Positions 37,366 to 46,867 of a stretch of 64,000 nucleotides of DNA are shown here, piece by piece. How positions within the stretch are numbered: position 1 is the stretch's first letter; each line of letters starts with the position of its first letter. The position numbers were made by a program, and so were the translations under genes. The notes beneath the pieces were generated by a model. It ran no database searches. It had not been told where the DNA came from and saw nothing but the letters and a program-made list of their open reading frames with translations. This DNA comes from an uncultured Chitinophagaceae bacterium (GTDB taxonomy: Bacteria; Bacteroidota; Bacteroidia; Chitinophagales; Chitinophagaceae): contig CALESY010000119.1 in NCBI GenBank assembly GCA_937919945.1, positions 25,768-89,767 of the forward strand, written 5' to 3'.

Positions 37366-39054
37366 CTAAAGTGGCAATGGCTTTTCTTCCTTTTCAGACA
37401 ATTCCATCATCTTACCTGAATAATTGAGCAATTGCAAAAGGCTGTTTTCTTTCTTATTTACAAAGTTTAAATAAAAATTATATTCAAAAATATTTGATTT
37501 ACTGCCGCCGCGCATCTCAAAGTCTTGTAATAGCTGACTGGTTAGAGCCAGCATTTCTTTATCTTTTTGTTCGGTTGCATTACCCTGCATTTGTTTCATA
37601 AAGCCATTAATATCCACAAACATACTACCCGCATATTTGTGCATATCATTCACTGCAGCTGGCTTTTTCTGCCCTTTATATGCACCTTTAGCATACCCGC
37701 TGGCATAAGCCTCATTGTTTGATATTACTAAATAATCGCCTTCTTTGCTCAGATAAAAGCTATCCTTACCTGTACTTATTATATAACCGGTTGCAGTTGC
37801 TATAAGCGGCATATCTTTCGTTACGGCTGCAAACACTTTGTCAAAACTTTCTTTTTTTCCGATTTTCATCGCAAAAGTCATATTAGCGTCCGTTTCGGTT
37901 TTGGTAAACGCTTCCTGTTCGGGGTAGTAGGTACCTGCCGGTATGGTTACAGGGTGTGCATTAAAGTCGTTTATTACAATGCCCATATCACCGGCAAATG
38001 AACCAAAAACATCATCGGCAGTAATACCTATTTGGGCAAAGGCTGCATTCATAACGCCGGACATCCCTGTTTTGTCAAACATCATGCGCATACCCTTAGG
38101 CGATATATTGGCTGCCATTATCATGTTCAGATTATCTGTTGGCAGGTTTTCTATCATTTTTTTGTCAGATGTATTACTAAACTCTTTGTACACATCTTTC
38201 ATTTCTTTCGATGCATAGTAGTGCATGTTACCTACTACTTTACCGTCTTCAAAGTCTACACCCAACGTCGCAGATGCATCTTTCCACATAGATGCTACCA
38301 GGGCAAGGTTGCCCATACCTGCCTGCCCGTAGTTTGTCATTAGTGTTTCGTAGTTCATCCATATGCTGATGTCATGTCCTGCTGATGATACTTTATTAAA
38401 ACTCTCATGCACGGTTACTGTATTGCCTTTTTCTTTTGTAAATGTCTTGCTCATTTCTAATGCCATCAATGCGGCGTCTGGCTTACGTTGGTTCATCAAC
38501 GTAGTATACACACTGTCGTATGCCTGAGGATCTTCTAAAGTTTGCAGTTGCTTGTATATATCTTCCATACTGGGCAGTATAGTATTGGTAATAATCAGCA
38601 TATCACCGGTCCACCCGGCATACATATGCTCATTCAGTAGTGCTTCACTGCGGTCTTTTTGTTTTGTAATGGCCGCTTCGGGAAAATTCTTTTTCACATA
38701 CGCTTCCCATTTATCTTTATTATCAAGTGGTATCAGCGCAACCACTTTATTACCTGATGAATAACGCTTGTCGGCTTTCACATACATATAATATGTTGTC
38801 ATCAGCTTGATGCCCATTTCTTCCACACTTTTCGATGGATCTTTCTCGCCGCTTTTACGCTTCATTTCTTGCATCAGCTTACTGTTCCATATCACCTCCC
38901 AGGCTAGTTTTTTGATGAGGGCATCTGTGTGCATGCCTACTACTATACTCGCATCTTTGGGTATATAGTCTGCATGGCTCGGCTTTTTGTTGCAAGAACT
39001 AATAATGCTGATTGACAATACAGTGAATGTCAATAATACAATACGTATTTTCAT
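37366..39054 (-). CDS. Lipoprotein, DUF4836-like
   Basis: Lipobox IISSC, YIPKDA, 562 aa. Confidence 0.7.
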   Translation of the reverse strand: MKIRIVLLTFTVLSISIISSCNKKPSHADYIPKDASIVVGMHTDALIKKLAWEVIWNSKLMQEMKRKSGEKDPSKSVEEMGIKLMTTYYMYVKADKRYSSGNKVVALIPLDNKDKWEAYVKKNFPEAAITKQKDRSEALLNEHMYAGWTGDMLIITNTILPSMEDIYKQLQTLEDPQAYDSVYTTLMNQRKPDAALMALEMSKTFTKEKGNTVTVHESFNKVSSAGHDISIWMNYETLMTNYGQAGMGNLALVASMWKDASATLGVDFEDGKVVGNMHYYASKEMKDVYKEFSNTSDKKMIENLPTDNLNMIMAANISPKGMRMMFDKTGMSGVMNAAFAQIGITADDVFGSFAGDMGIVINDFNAHPVTIPAGTYYPEQEAFTKTETDANMTFAMKIGKKESFDKVFAAVTKDMPLIATATGYIISTGKDSFYLSKEGDYLVISNNEAYASGYAKGAYKGQKKPAAVNDMHKYAGSMFVDINGFMKQMQGNATEQKDKEMLALTSQLLQDFEMRGGSKSNIFEYNFYLNFVNKKENSLLQLLNYSGKMMELSEKEEKPLPL

Positions 39055-39115
39055 AAATATCAGAGATTGGTTGTCAATTACTTTAGTGTAAAGCTACAGA
39101 TTGACAGGCAGAAAA

Positions 39116-39146
39116 CAGCCCGTACTATTGTAAATAGTACGGGCTG
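39116..39146 (-). terminator. Intrinsic terminator of the DUF3127 gene
   Basis: Perfect 14-bp stem CAGCCCGTACTATT/AATAGTACGGGCTG followed by TTTT on the minus strand. Confidence 0.85.
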
Positions 39147-39171
39147 CTGAAATGTTACAATGTATACAAAA

Positions 39172-39588
39172 TTAAAATGGCAGATCGTCTACATTCTCAG
39201 GAGATGGGTTGTAGAAATTGCCTGTGTTAGCTGGTGCCGCATTGTTTACTGGTGCATATCCTGCTGGGGCACCTGCACTTTGAGATGGTACACCTGCTGT
39301 AGCAGGCTCTATACGCCATGCATCCAGATTGGTTATATAGTTTACCTTACCATCTTTCTCCCAACGGTTACCTTTAATGTTGAAACTCACTTTCACACTA
39401 TCCCCTTCGTTAAACCTGTCGAGTATATCGCATTTCTGCTGCACCAATTGCATCTTAGCAAAATTGGTATAAGTATTACCATTAATCTCTTCTGCAAGCT
39501 CCAATACAAACTCACGCTTCCTGAACTTATCGCTTACTACTTGTGTCGGATTTTTTACAAGCAATTTGCCTGTTACTTCTAAACTCAT
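39172..39588 (-). CDS. DUF3127 OB-fold (SSB-like) protein
   Basis: FRKREFV, VKVSFNIKGNRW, NLDAWRI, acidic tail DDLPF. Confidence 0.88.
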   Translation of the reverse strand: MSLEVTGKLLVKNPTQVVSDKFRKREFVLELAEEINGNTYTNFAKMQLVQQKCDILDRFNEGDSVKVSFNIKGNRWEKDGKVNYITNLDAWRIEPATAGVPSQSAGAPAGYAPVNNAAPANTGNFYNPSPENVDDLPF

Positions 39589-39659
39589 TACTACTATAAT
39601 TTTAAACTTTTATAAAAAAACACTTGCTTGCAAGATAGGCAAAGGCTATGAAAATAAAA

Positions 39660-39677
39660 AAGTGCCTTGCGGCACTT
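39660..39677 (-). terminator. Intrinsic terminator
   Basis: AAGTGCC-TTGC-GGCACTT followed by a T-run on the minus strand. Confidence 0.7.
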
Positions 39678-39702
39678 ATATTTGGTTTGTTTGATATATT
39701 TA

Positions 39703-39996
39703 TCAGTAGCCCATATCAGCTATTGCTTCAGCAAGCTCTGACTCCAGTTTCAATAGCTCTTTGCCCAACATGTTATGATAGAGTATCTGCCAATAACCAT
39801 TTATCTTACTCATAAAAAATGAGCGCTCGCTTGGCATATTACTCGTTACAAAAAATATAATTTCGTTGTTTTTTAGCGACAGCTTCTCAAATGTAAAAAC
39901 ATATCCGCCTGCATATTTATCGAATGTTTCTCCTCGCATTGCCAATATATCCACTCTTTTCAGTAGGCCACTCATAATCATAATGCTACTGGGCAA
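39703..39996 (-). CDS. Small hypothetical protein; start uncertain
   Basis: ORF of up to 97 aa filling the gap and followed by a terminator. Confidence 0.5.
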   Translation of the reverse strand: MPSSIMIMSGLLKRVDILAMRGETFDKYAGGYVFTFEKLSLKNNEIIFFVTSNMPSERSFFMSKINGYWQILYHNMLGKELLKLESELAEAIADMGY

Positions 39997-40193
39997 ATAT
40001 TCACAAAACGTTTTCTCTTTCCTACCTTACCCACTTTCGTAGTATGTTAGCGCTAAGCTATGAAGCCATCCTATATTTACCTGTAGAATAAATTCTATTG
40101 ATCATAATGGCAAGAAATAAAGAAATTCGCACGCTTTTTGTTTAGTAATTCATTAAGTACGTTTTGTACAAGCCGAACAAACAAGACAACTCC

Positions 40194-40802
40194 ATGCAGC
40201 ATAGGATATTGATTGCCGACGACCATAGTATGATACGAAAGGGTATCAAGCTAATGCTACAAACACATCTTGCAATAAAAGATATTACAGAGGTGTCAAG
40301 TGGTAACGGTGTAATGTCTGAGTTACAAAAGAAAAATTATACCCACCTCATTCTTGATATAATACTACCGGACTGTACATCACTGGAGATTGTTCCCAAC
40401 ATCCAACGCCTGTACCCCGATTTGAAAATCATGGTTTTTTCTATGCTAAACGGTTCGGTATATGGTGAAGCATTGAAGCAATATAAAATCTACTACTACC
40501 TCGAAAAAACAAGTAAAGAAGAAGATACTATCTCATTCCTTGACAATTTCATAAACCACTACAACCCTATCAATATTTCAACTGAAAAAAGTACATCTGC
40601 AAATCCTTTTATGCAACTGTCGCCACGAGAGCTGGAGGTGTTACACTATATGCTGGGCGGGCATGGTACAAAAGATATTTCTACTTTGCTGAACCTGCGC
40701 ATGAATACAGTATCTACCCTGAAAAACAGAATTTTTGAAAAAACAGGCACTGCCAACCTGAAAGAATTGATGCAAATTGCATCGCTCTATAACGTAAGCT
40801 GA
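40194..40802 (+). CDS. NarL/LuxR-family response regulator
   Basis: ILIADDH, LILDIILPD (phospho-Asp), LSPRELEVL HTH; start moved to ATG 40194. Confidence 0.9.
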   Translation: MQHRILIADDHSMIRKGIKLMLQTHLAIKDITEVSSGNGVMSELQKKNYTHLILDIILPDCTSLEIVPNIQRLYPDLKIMVFSMLNGSVYGEALKQYKIYYYLEKTSKEEDTISFLDNFINHYNPINISTEKSTSANPFMQLSPRELEVLHYMLGGHGTKDISTLLNLRMNTVSTLKNRIFEKTGTANLKELMQIASLYNVS

Positions 40803-40812
40803 CAACTCAACT

Positions 40813-41682
40813 ATGCTCAATATTCCCTGGTATCAAAACGGATGGTTTATACTTATAATAGTGCTTACAGCTCTTAGCTATGTAAGCCTCGTTTTGTTTT
40901 TGCGTGCCAAGCGTTTCATCATCAGGCAAAACGTATTGCGTGCATTGGTAGAAAGGAAAACTAAAGAGATACGTCGCAAAAACGAGGAGCTTGAAAAAAA
41001 CGACCTGATAAAAACCCGCCTTATATCCATCATCAGCCACGACATCATCACACCCCTCAAGTTTCTGCACCTTGCAAGCCGAAACCTGGTGGAAAGCAAC
41101 GAACAGATGAGCGAAGAACTGAAGATGGAAACGATGGAAGAAATCGTCCATACATCGCGCGAGTTGGAAATGCTATCTACCAACATCCTCAACTGGATTA
41201 AATACCAGAACGAAAACAGGCAACTGCTACGCGAAGATGTAAATCTGTATAATATGGTACGCCAGATATTCAGCATACTGAATGGTATGGCAAAGCAAAA
41301 AAACATTTTCCTGACCAATGAAGTGCCTGCTGATTTCACTATCCACCAATATGCAGAGCCTTTGCGTATTATACTGTACAACCTCGTTGTCAACGCGCTC
41401 AACTTTATGGAGAAAGGACACATCACCATCATAGCAAAAAACTTACGCAACGGCATACTGATAGAAGTAAAGGACCAAGGCTTTGGCATGACCAAAGAAC
41501 AAATCAACAACATACTTGCCGACCAGTTTATCGTATCGTCTGCCAATGTAGATGGCAAAAAAGGTAACGGGCTGGGTTACCTCATCATCAAAGATTTGCT
41601 GAAAGTAGTAGAGGGCAATTTCAGCATTAAAAGTGCCAAAAACATCGGCACAACTATCAAGTTGTTTTTCCCGAAGCAATAA
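40813..41682 (+). CDS. Single-TM histidine kinase lacking an extracytoplasmic sensor domain
   Basis: H-box SHDIITPL, N-box NLVVNA, DQGFGM, GNGLG. Confidence 0.88.
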   Translation: MLNIPWYQNGWFILIIVLTALSYVSLVLFLRAKRFIIRQNVLRALVERKTKEIRRKNEELEKNDLIKTRLISIISHDIITPLKFLHLASRNLVESNEQMSEELKMETMEEIVHTSRELEMLSTNILNWIKYQNENRQLLREDVNLYNMVRQIFSILNGMAKQKNIFLTNEVPADFTIHQYAEPLRIILYNLVVNALNFMEKGHITIIAKNLRNGILIEVKDQGFGMTKEQINNILADQFIVSSANVDGKKGNGLGYLIIKDLLKVVEGNFSIKSAKNIGTTIKLFFPKQ

Positions 41683-41684
41683 AA

Positions 41685-41706
41685 AAGCCCTGCTATTGCA
41701 AGGCTT
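41685..41706 (-). terminator. Terminator between the convergent kinase gene and tRNA-His
   Basis: AAGCCTTGC-AATA-GCAGGGCTT followed by T-run on the minus strand. Confidence 0.75.
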
Positions 41707-41716
41707 ACAAAAGAAG

Positions 41717-41791
<75 letters not shown>

Positions 41792-41941
41792 GTACCGTCT
41801 TTGGGACGGCAAAACTAATGCTTTTTTAGGAAAATAACGCGCTTTTTTCAACGCAAACTTTATCGTGATCCAACCAACGATATTGATTTTTAACAAAATA
41901 TGCGTGGTGCAACTATTATATTTGCGCACTAATTTCTGTTT

Positions 41942-42634
41942 ATGACTAAACGCTTCGCCCTGCTGGCGCTGATGCTGATGCCAACTTTGCTGTGGGCGCA
42001 AGACCTTGAAAAAGGTGAGGAAAAAAAGAACACCGTGCAAAAACCTGCCCGAGATTTCTTCATGCTGCAACTCAACTACGAGGGGTGGATGAAACCGGAC
42101 AGCATTAAAACCAAAGGCATAGGCCGAGGCGCTAATGTATATCTGTGTTACGATTTCCCTATCAAAAAATCAAACTTCAGCTTTGCGGCAGGTATCGGTA
42201 TCGGTACATCTAACATCTATCTGGATAATCAGCAGGTGATGAATACCGACAAAGACTCTACCCGCATACGCTTCATACCCGAAACTGTAAATTATAAGCG
42301 CTATAAAGTAGCACTTACATATCTGGAAGCACCTTTCGAACTTCGTTTCTTTGGCAATAAATACAATCGCAACAAGGGCTTTAAAGCAGCAGTAGGTATG
42401 CGTGTGGGTACATTGCTCGGTGCAAAATTGAAAGGACGCGAAGATGGTACGAAAGTGAACTACAAAAGCAACAGCCGACAGTACCTGGAAAATTGGCGCT
42501 TTGCAGGCACCTTGCGCCTTGGTTACGGCAATTTCTCGGTTGTTGGCACATACAACCTTACCAATCTGTACAAAGATGGCGAAGGCCCTGAGATAACACC
42601 CTATTCTTTAGGTATCTGCATCACAGGTCTGTAA
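41942..42634 (+). CDS. Outer-membrane beta-barrel (porin-family/PorT-like) protein
   Basis: Signal peptide, amphipathic strands, YLEAPFELRF, C-terminal strand. Confidence 0.75.
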   Translation: MTKRFALLALMLMPTLLWAQDLEKGEEKKNTVQKPARDFFMLQLNYEGWMKPDSIKTKGIGRGANVYLCYDFPIKKSNFSFAAGIGIGTSNIYLDNQQVMNTDKDSTRIRFIPETVNYKRYKVALTYLEAPFELRFFGNKYNRNKGFKAAVGMRVGTLLGAKLKGREDGTKVNYKSNSRQYLENWRFAGTLRLGYGNFSVVGTYNLTNLYKDGEGPEITPYSLGICITGL

Positions 42635-42653
42635 TCTGCATAGATATTATACT

Positions 42654-42680
42654 AAAAAGCCACGCAATGCGTGGCTTTTT
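42654..42680. terminator. Bidirectional terminator
   Basis: AAAAAGCCACGC-AAT-GCGTGGCTTTTT between convergent genes. Confidence 0.9.
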
Positions 42681-42698
42681 CATTATATATATACTTGC

Positions 42699-43601
42699 TT
42701 ACACATCATACGTCAAACCTTCCTGGGTAGCTATTACATTAGCAAATATGCCTTTCGCTTCCTCTGCAAATGGTTCTATGTCGCGATACTTAGACGAGTA
42801 ATGCCCTAGCAAAAGTTGTTTAGCCCCTGCCATATTAGCTAATTGTGCAGCTTGCTTTGCTGTGCTATGAAAACGTAGTGCTGCTTTGTCCACATCGCGC
42901 TCCATATAGGTACATTCATGGTACACCGTATCAGCACCTTGTATATATTTTACAAAGCTGTCTGTAAACAATGTATCCGCACAGTAAGCATACGCTTTAG
43001 GTGGCAGCGGGTCGGTAGTTACCCATTCGTTTTTTATGATTGTACCATCTTGCCTTTCGTAGTCTTCGCCTTGCTTCAGTTTGTCGTAATAGTACCGGGG
43101 CACTTCATGCTCTCTGCATTTTTCAGGTACTATTTTGCGCCCGCGTGTTTTGCTGGTTATCAAAAAGCCATGGCATTGTATTCTATGTTCTACAGGGAAA
43201 CATTTTACCGTATAATATTCATTATCAACCAATACCGCATCACCCTCCGGCAAAACATGGTAATGAAACTCATAAGTTAGTACAGTTTCTGCCACGCTTT
43301 GTATCTGGTCTATAATTGGTAACAGCTCTTTCGGTCCATATACATGCAGAGGATTTGCGCGCCCTAAAAGGCTCATGCTGTTTATAAGCCCCGGCAGGCC
43401 AAAGTAGTGGTCGCCATGCATATGGCTGATGAAGATATGGTTCAGGTTACGCCACTTCACACCAAAGCGTTGCATCTGTATCTGTGTACTCTCTCCACAG
43501 TCTATCAGCAATACCTCTCCCCAAATATGCACTGCTTGTGCTGTTGGGTGCCTGCCAAATGCTGGCAGTGCCGAGTTATTGCCGAGGATGGTTACTTTCA
43601 T
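42699..43601 (-). CDS. rnz: Ribonuclease Z
   Basis: LIDCGE.TQ, SHMHGDH, YCADT, HECT, HST, LGHYSSKY. Confidence 0.95.
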   Translation of the reverse strand: MKVTILGNNSALPAFGRHPTAQAVHIWGEVLLIDCGESTQIQMQRFGVKWRNLNHIFISHMHGDHYFGLPGLINSMSLLGRANPLHVYGPKELLPIIDQIQSVAETVLTYEFHYHVLPEGDAVLVDNEYYTVKCFPVEHRIQCHGFLITSKTRGRKIVPEKCREHEVPRYYYDKLKQGEDYERQDGTIIKNEWVTTDPLPPKAYAYCADTLFTDSFVKYIQGADTVYHECTYMERDVDKAALRFHSTAKQAAQLANMAGAKQLLLGHYSSKYRDIEPFAEEAKGIFANVIATQEGLTYDV

Positions 43602-43643
43602 TTCAAATATTTATACAATACAGCAGGGGTGCTCTGCATTATT

Positions 43644-44024
43644 CTATTCTTCACTTTCGTCAAACAAGTCGCGCTCCAATATTTCCATACTTACTATATC
43701 AATCGCTTCTATCATCTTAGGTGCAATATTTAACACCGTATCCAGTTCTAATGCTTGCAATTGTTTCAGCACACTCTCCTGCACACTTGTAAACACCAAA
43801 GATTGTGAATTGTTATAGCAATTTTCGTGCATCTGTACTAAATCGTCAAATGCCGTATTGTCGCCTGCAATGCAATGTTGCAGGTCTATAATATAGTTAG
43901 TACTGCCGCTTTTAGCCAGATCATCGCATTTTTGGCTGAGTGCTGCTGTCATATTAGCATCTATATGTGCATCAAGGGGTGTTATAATGCTGTAGGTAGG
44001 TTTGGTATCAATTTTGAATTCCAT
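43644..44024 (-). CDS. STAS-domain protein
   Basis: MEFKIDTK start (ATG 44024), IIDL, LELDTVLNIAP..EA.D. Confidence 0.75.
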   Translation of the reverse strand: MEFKIDTKPTYSIITPLDAHIDANMTAALSQKCDDLAKSGSTNYIIDLQHCIAGDNTAFDDLVQMHENCYNNSQSLVFTSVQESVLKQLQALELDTVLNIAPKMIEAIDIVSMEILERDLFDESEE

Positions 44025-44219
44025 TTTGCAAGAAGTAGTTAACCAGTTATTAGTAAAGCTGTTAATACGCCGTAAAAATAACAATCGTGCTATAATTTCT
44101 TTCGTATATTTAATATAGACGAGGGCTTGTAGCAAGGTAACAGGCAATACACGTATAGCAAAACCCGATACTGCAACTACTACCTTTATCTTTAAATTTA
44201 CTAAAACAAAGGACGATTC

Positions 44220-46757
44220 ATGGATTCTAATTTCTCACCAAAAGTCAAAGAAATCATATCCTACAGCCGCGAGGAAGCACTCCGCTTAGGTAATGATTTC
44301 ATAGGCACCGAGCATCTGTTGCTGGGCCTTATCAGAGATGGTGAAGGGTTGGCTGTACGCGTGTTGCAAACCATGCAGGTAGACCTGTTTGATTTGCGCA
44401 AAGAACTGGAAAGTGCTATTAAGGACAAAAGCAACAAACCCCTCTCAAACGTCAACAGCCTGCCGCTTACCAAGCAGGCCGAAAAAGTAATACGCATTAC
44501 TGTTTTGGAAGCCAAAGCACTGAAGAGTGCTACGGTAGAAACCGAACACCTGATGCTGTCCATCCTCAAAAATAAAGAGAACGTTGCTACGCAAATACTG
44601 CATCAGTATCAGGTTGATTACGACCGCTTTAAAGATGAACTGAGCATATTGCAAGGCGATGCACCACGTGGCGATTACAGCGACCCCGGCGATGACTTTG
44701 ATGAAGATGATGAGCGCAAACAATTCCAGCAGCGTAAGCCTGCAGGCAATTCAAAATCGAAAACACCTGTACTCGACAACTTCGGGCGCGATATTACAAA
44801 GCTGGCCGAACTCGGCAATCTCGACCCTATTGTCGGGAGGGAAGAAGAAATAGAGCGTGTATCGCAAATACTATCTCGTCGAAAAAAGAACAACCCCATA
44901 TTGATAGGTGAACCCGGCGTGGGTAAAACTGCCATCGTAGAAGGTCTGGCATTGCGTATCGTACAACGCAAAGTATCACGAGTATTGTTCGACAAACGCG
45001 TTATAAGCCTTGACCTTGCAGCATTGGTAGCGGGTACTAAATATCGCGGACAGTTTGAAGAAAGGATGAAAGCCATCATGAACGAACTGGAGAAAAACCG
45101 CGATGTGATTTTGTTTATAGACGAAATACATACCATCGTAGGTGCGGGTGGCGCATCCGGCTCGCTCGATGCTTCCAACATATTCAAGCCTGCCCTTGCC
45201 CGTGGAGATCTGCAATGCATAGGCGCATCAACGCTGGATGAATACCGTATGTATATTGAAAAAGACGGTGCACTCGACCGCCGCTTTCAGAAGGTGTTGA
45301 TAGAACCACCAAGTGTGGATGAAACCATCATCATCCTCAACAACATACGCAACAAGTACGAGGATTTCCATAACGTAACATACGATCAGGATGCGATAGA
45401 AGCTTGTGTGAAACTGAGCGACCGCTACATGACAGACCGCCTGCTGCCCGACAAAGCAATAGACGTAATGGACGAAGTAGGCGCGCGTGTACACCTCAAA
45501 AACATCAACGTTCCTGAAAACATACTGGAGCTTGAAAAGAAAATTGAGGACATCAAGCAAGAGAAAAATAAAGTAGTAAAAAGCCAGCGCTTTGAAGAAG
45601 CTGCTGCACTGCGCGACAGAGAAAAACGTCTAGGGGAAGAACTGGAAAAAGCAAAAGCGGAATGGGAAGAAGAAGCCAAACATAGACGCTTCCCTATACA
45701 CGAAGAGCATATTGCAGAAGTCATCAGTATGATGACGGGCATACCCGTGATGCGTATGGTAGAGGCCGAAAGTGCCAAACTACGCCGCATGGGCGACGAC
45801 CTGAAAGGCGCAGTAGTAGGCCAAGACGAGGCAATAGCTAAAGTGGTGAAAGCCATACAGCGAAACCGTGTAGGGTTGAAAGACCCGCGCAAGCCTATAG
45901 GCTCGTTTATATTCCTGGGCCCTACGGGTGTAGGTAAAACGGAACTGGCGCGCTCGCTGGCACGTTATATGTTCGATAGTGATGAAGCACTGATACGTGT
46001 GGATATGAGTGAGTATATGGAAAAATTTTCACTCAGCCGCCTGATAGGTGCGCCTCCGGGATATGTGGGTTATGAAGAGGGTGGTCAGCTTACCGAAAAA
46101 GTACGCCGCAAACCGTATAGTGTGGTATTGCTCGACGAAATTGAAAAAGCACACCCCGATATATTCAACATACTGTTACAGGTGTTGGACGATGGGCAGT
46201 TGACAGACGGGCTTGGCAGGAAAGTAGATTTCAAAAACACACTCATCATCATGACATCTAACATTGGTGTACGCCAGTTGAAAGATTTTGGCGCGGGTGT
46301 GGGCTTTGCTACAGCTACCAAAGTAGAGAACGCAGACGAGCTGAGTAAAGGTGTGATAGAAAAAGCATTGAAGCGTACTTTCTCGCCCGAATTCCTCAAT
46401 CGTATTGACGATGTTATCATCTTCAACTCGCTAGACGAAACACACATCGCGCAAATCATTGACATCATTATGAAAGATGTAATGAAGCGATTGAACACAT
46501 TGGGCTTTACATTGGAGTTGACAGCTACTGCTAAAAAATACATCTCTGAAAAAGGCTACGACCAGCAGTTTGGCGCGCGACCACTGCACAGGGCCATACA
46601 GAAATATCTGGAAGACCCGCTTGCAGAAGAGATACTGAACCACCGCATACAGGAAGGCGATACCGTAAAAGCCGACTACAGCGAAGAAGAAAAGAAAATC
46701 ATCTTCAGCATAGACAAAGGCAAACCGAAGAAAGAAGAATCAAAAAAAGCAGAGTAG
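44220..46757 (+). CDS. clpC: ClpC-type ATP-dependent Clp protease ATPase
   Basis: Clp N domain, [16 protein letters not shown] coil, [19 protein letters not shown]. Confidence 0.96.
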   Translation: MDSNFSPKVKEIISYSREEALRLGNDFIGTEHLLLGLIRDGEGLAVRVLQTMQVDLFDLRKELESAIKDKSNKPLSNVNSLPLTKQAEKVIRITVLEAKALKSATVETEHLMLSILKNKENVATQILHQYQVDYDRFKDELSILQGDAPRGDYSDPGDDFDEDDERKQFQQRKPAGNSKSKTPVLDNFGRDITKLAELGNLDPIVGREEEIERVSQILSRRKKNNPILIGEPGVGKTAIVEGLALRIVQRKVSRVLFDKRVISLDLAALVAGTKYRGQFEERMKAIMNELEKNRDVILFIDEIHTIVGAGGASGSLDASNIFKPALARGDLQCIGASTLDEYRMYIEKDGALDRRFQKVLIEPPSVDETIIILNNIRNKYEDFHNVTYDQDAIEACVKLSDRYMTDRLLPDKAIDVMDEVGARVHLKNINVPENILELEKKIEDIKQEKNKVVKSQRFEEAAALRDREKRLGEELEKAKAEWEEEAKHRRFPIHEEHIAEVISMMTGIPVMRMVEAESAKLRRMGDDLKGAVVGQDEAIAKVVKAIQRNRVGLKDPRKPIGSFIFLGPTGVGKTELARSLARYMFDSDEALIRVDMSEYMEKFSLSRLIGAPPGYVGYEEGGQLTEKVRRKPYSVVLLDEIEKAHPDIFNILLQVLDDGQLTDGLGRKVDFKNTLIIMTSNIGVRQLKDFGAGVGFATATKVENADELSKGVIEKALKRTFSPEFLNRIDDVIIFNSLDETHIAQIIDIIMKDVMKRLNTLGFTLELTATAKKYISEKGYDQQFGARPLHRAIQKYLEDPLAEEILNHRIQEGDTVKADYSEEEKKIIFSIDKGKPKKEESKKAE

Positions 46758-46776
46758 AGGACGGATTGGTTTGATT

Positions 46777-46810
46777 AAAAAAGCGGGTGGAAATTTCCAC
46801 CCGCTTTTTT
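46777..46810. terminator. Terminator after clpC
   Basis: Perfect palindrome AAAAAAGCGGGTGGAAA/TTTCCACCCGCTTTTTT. Confidence 0.9.
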
Positions 46811-46867
46811 GTTTTAATATGGCTTTAATGTGCTGATAAGTAATTTTATGGGGGTAATTATGGATAT

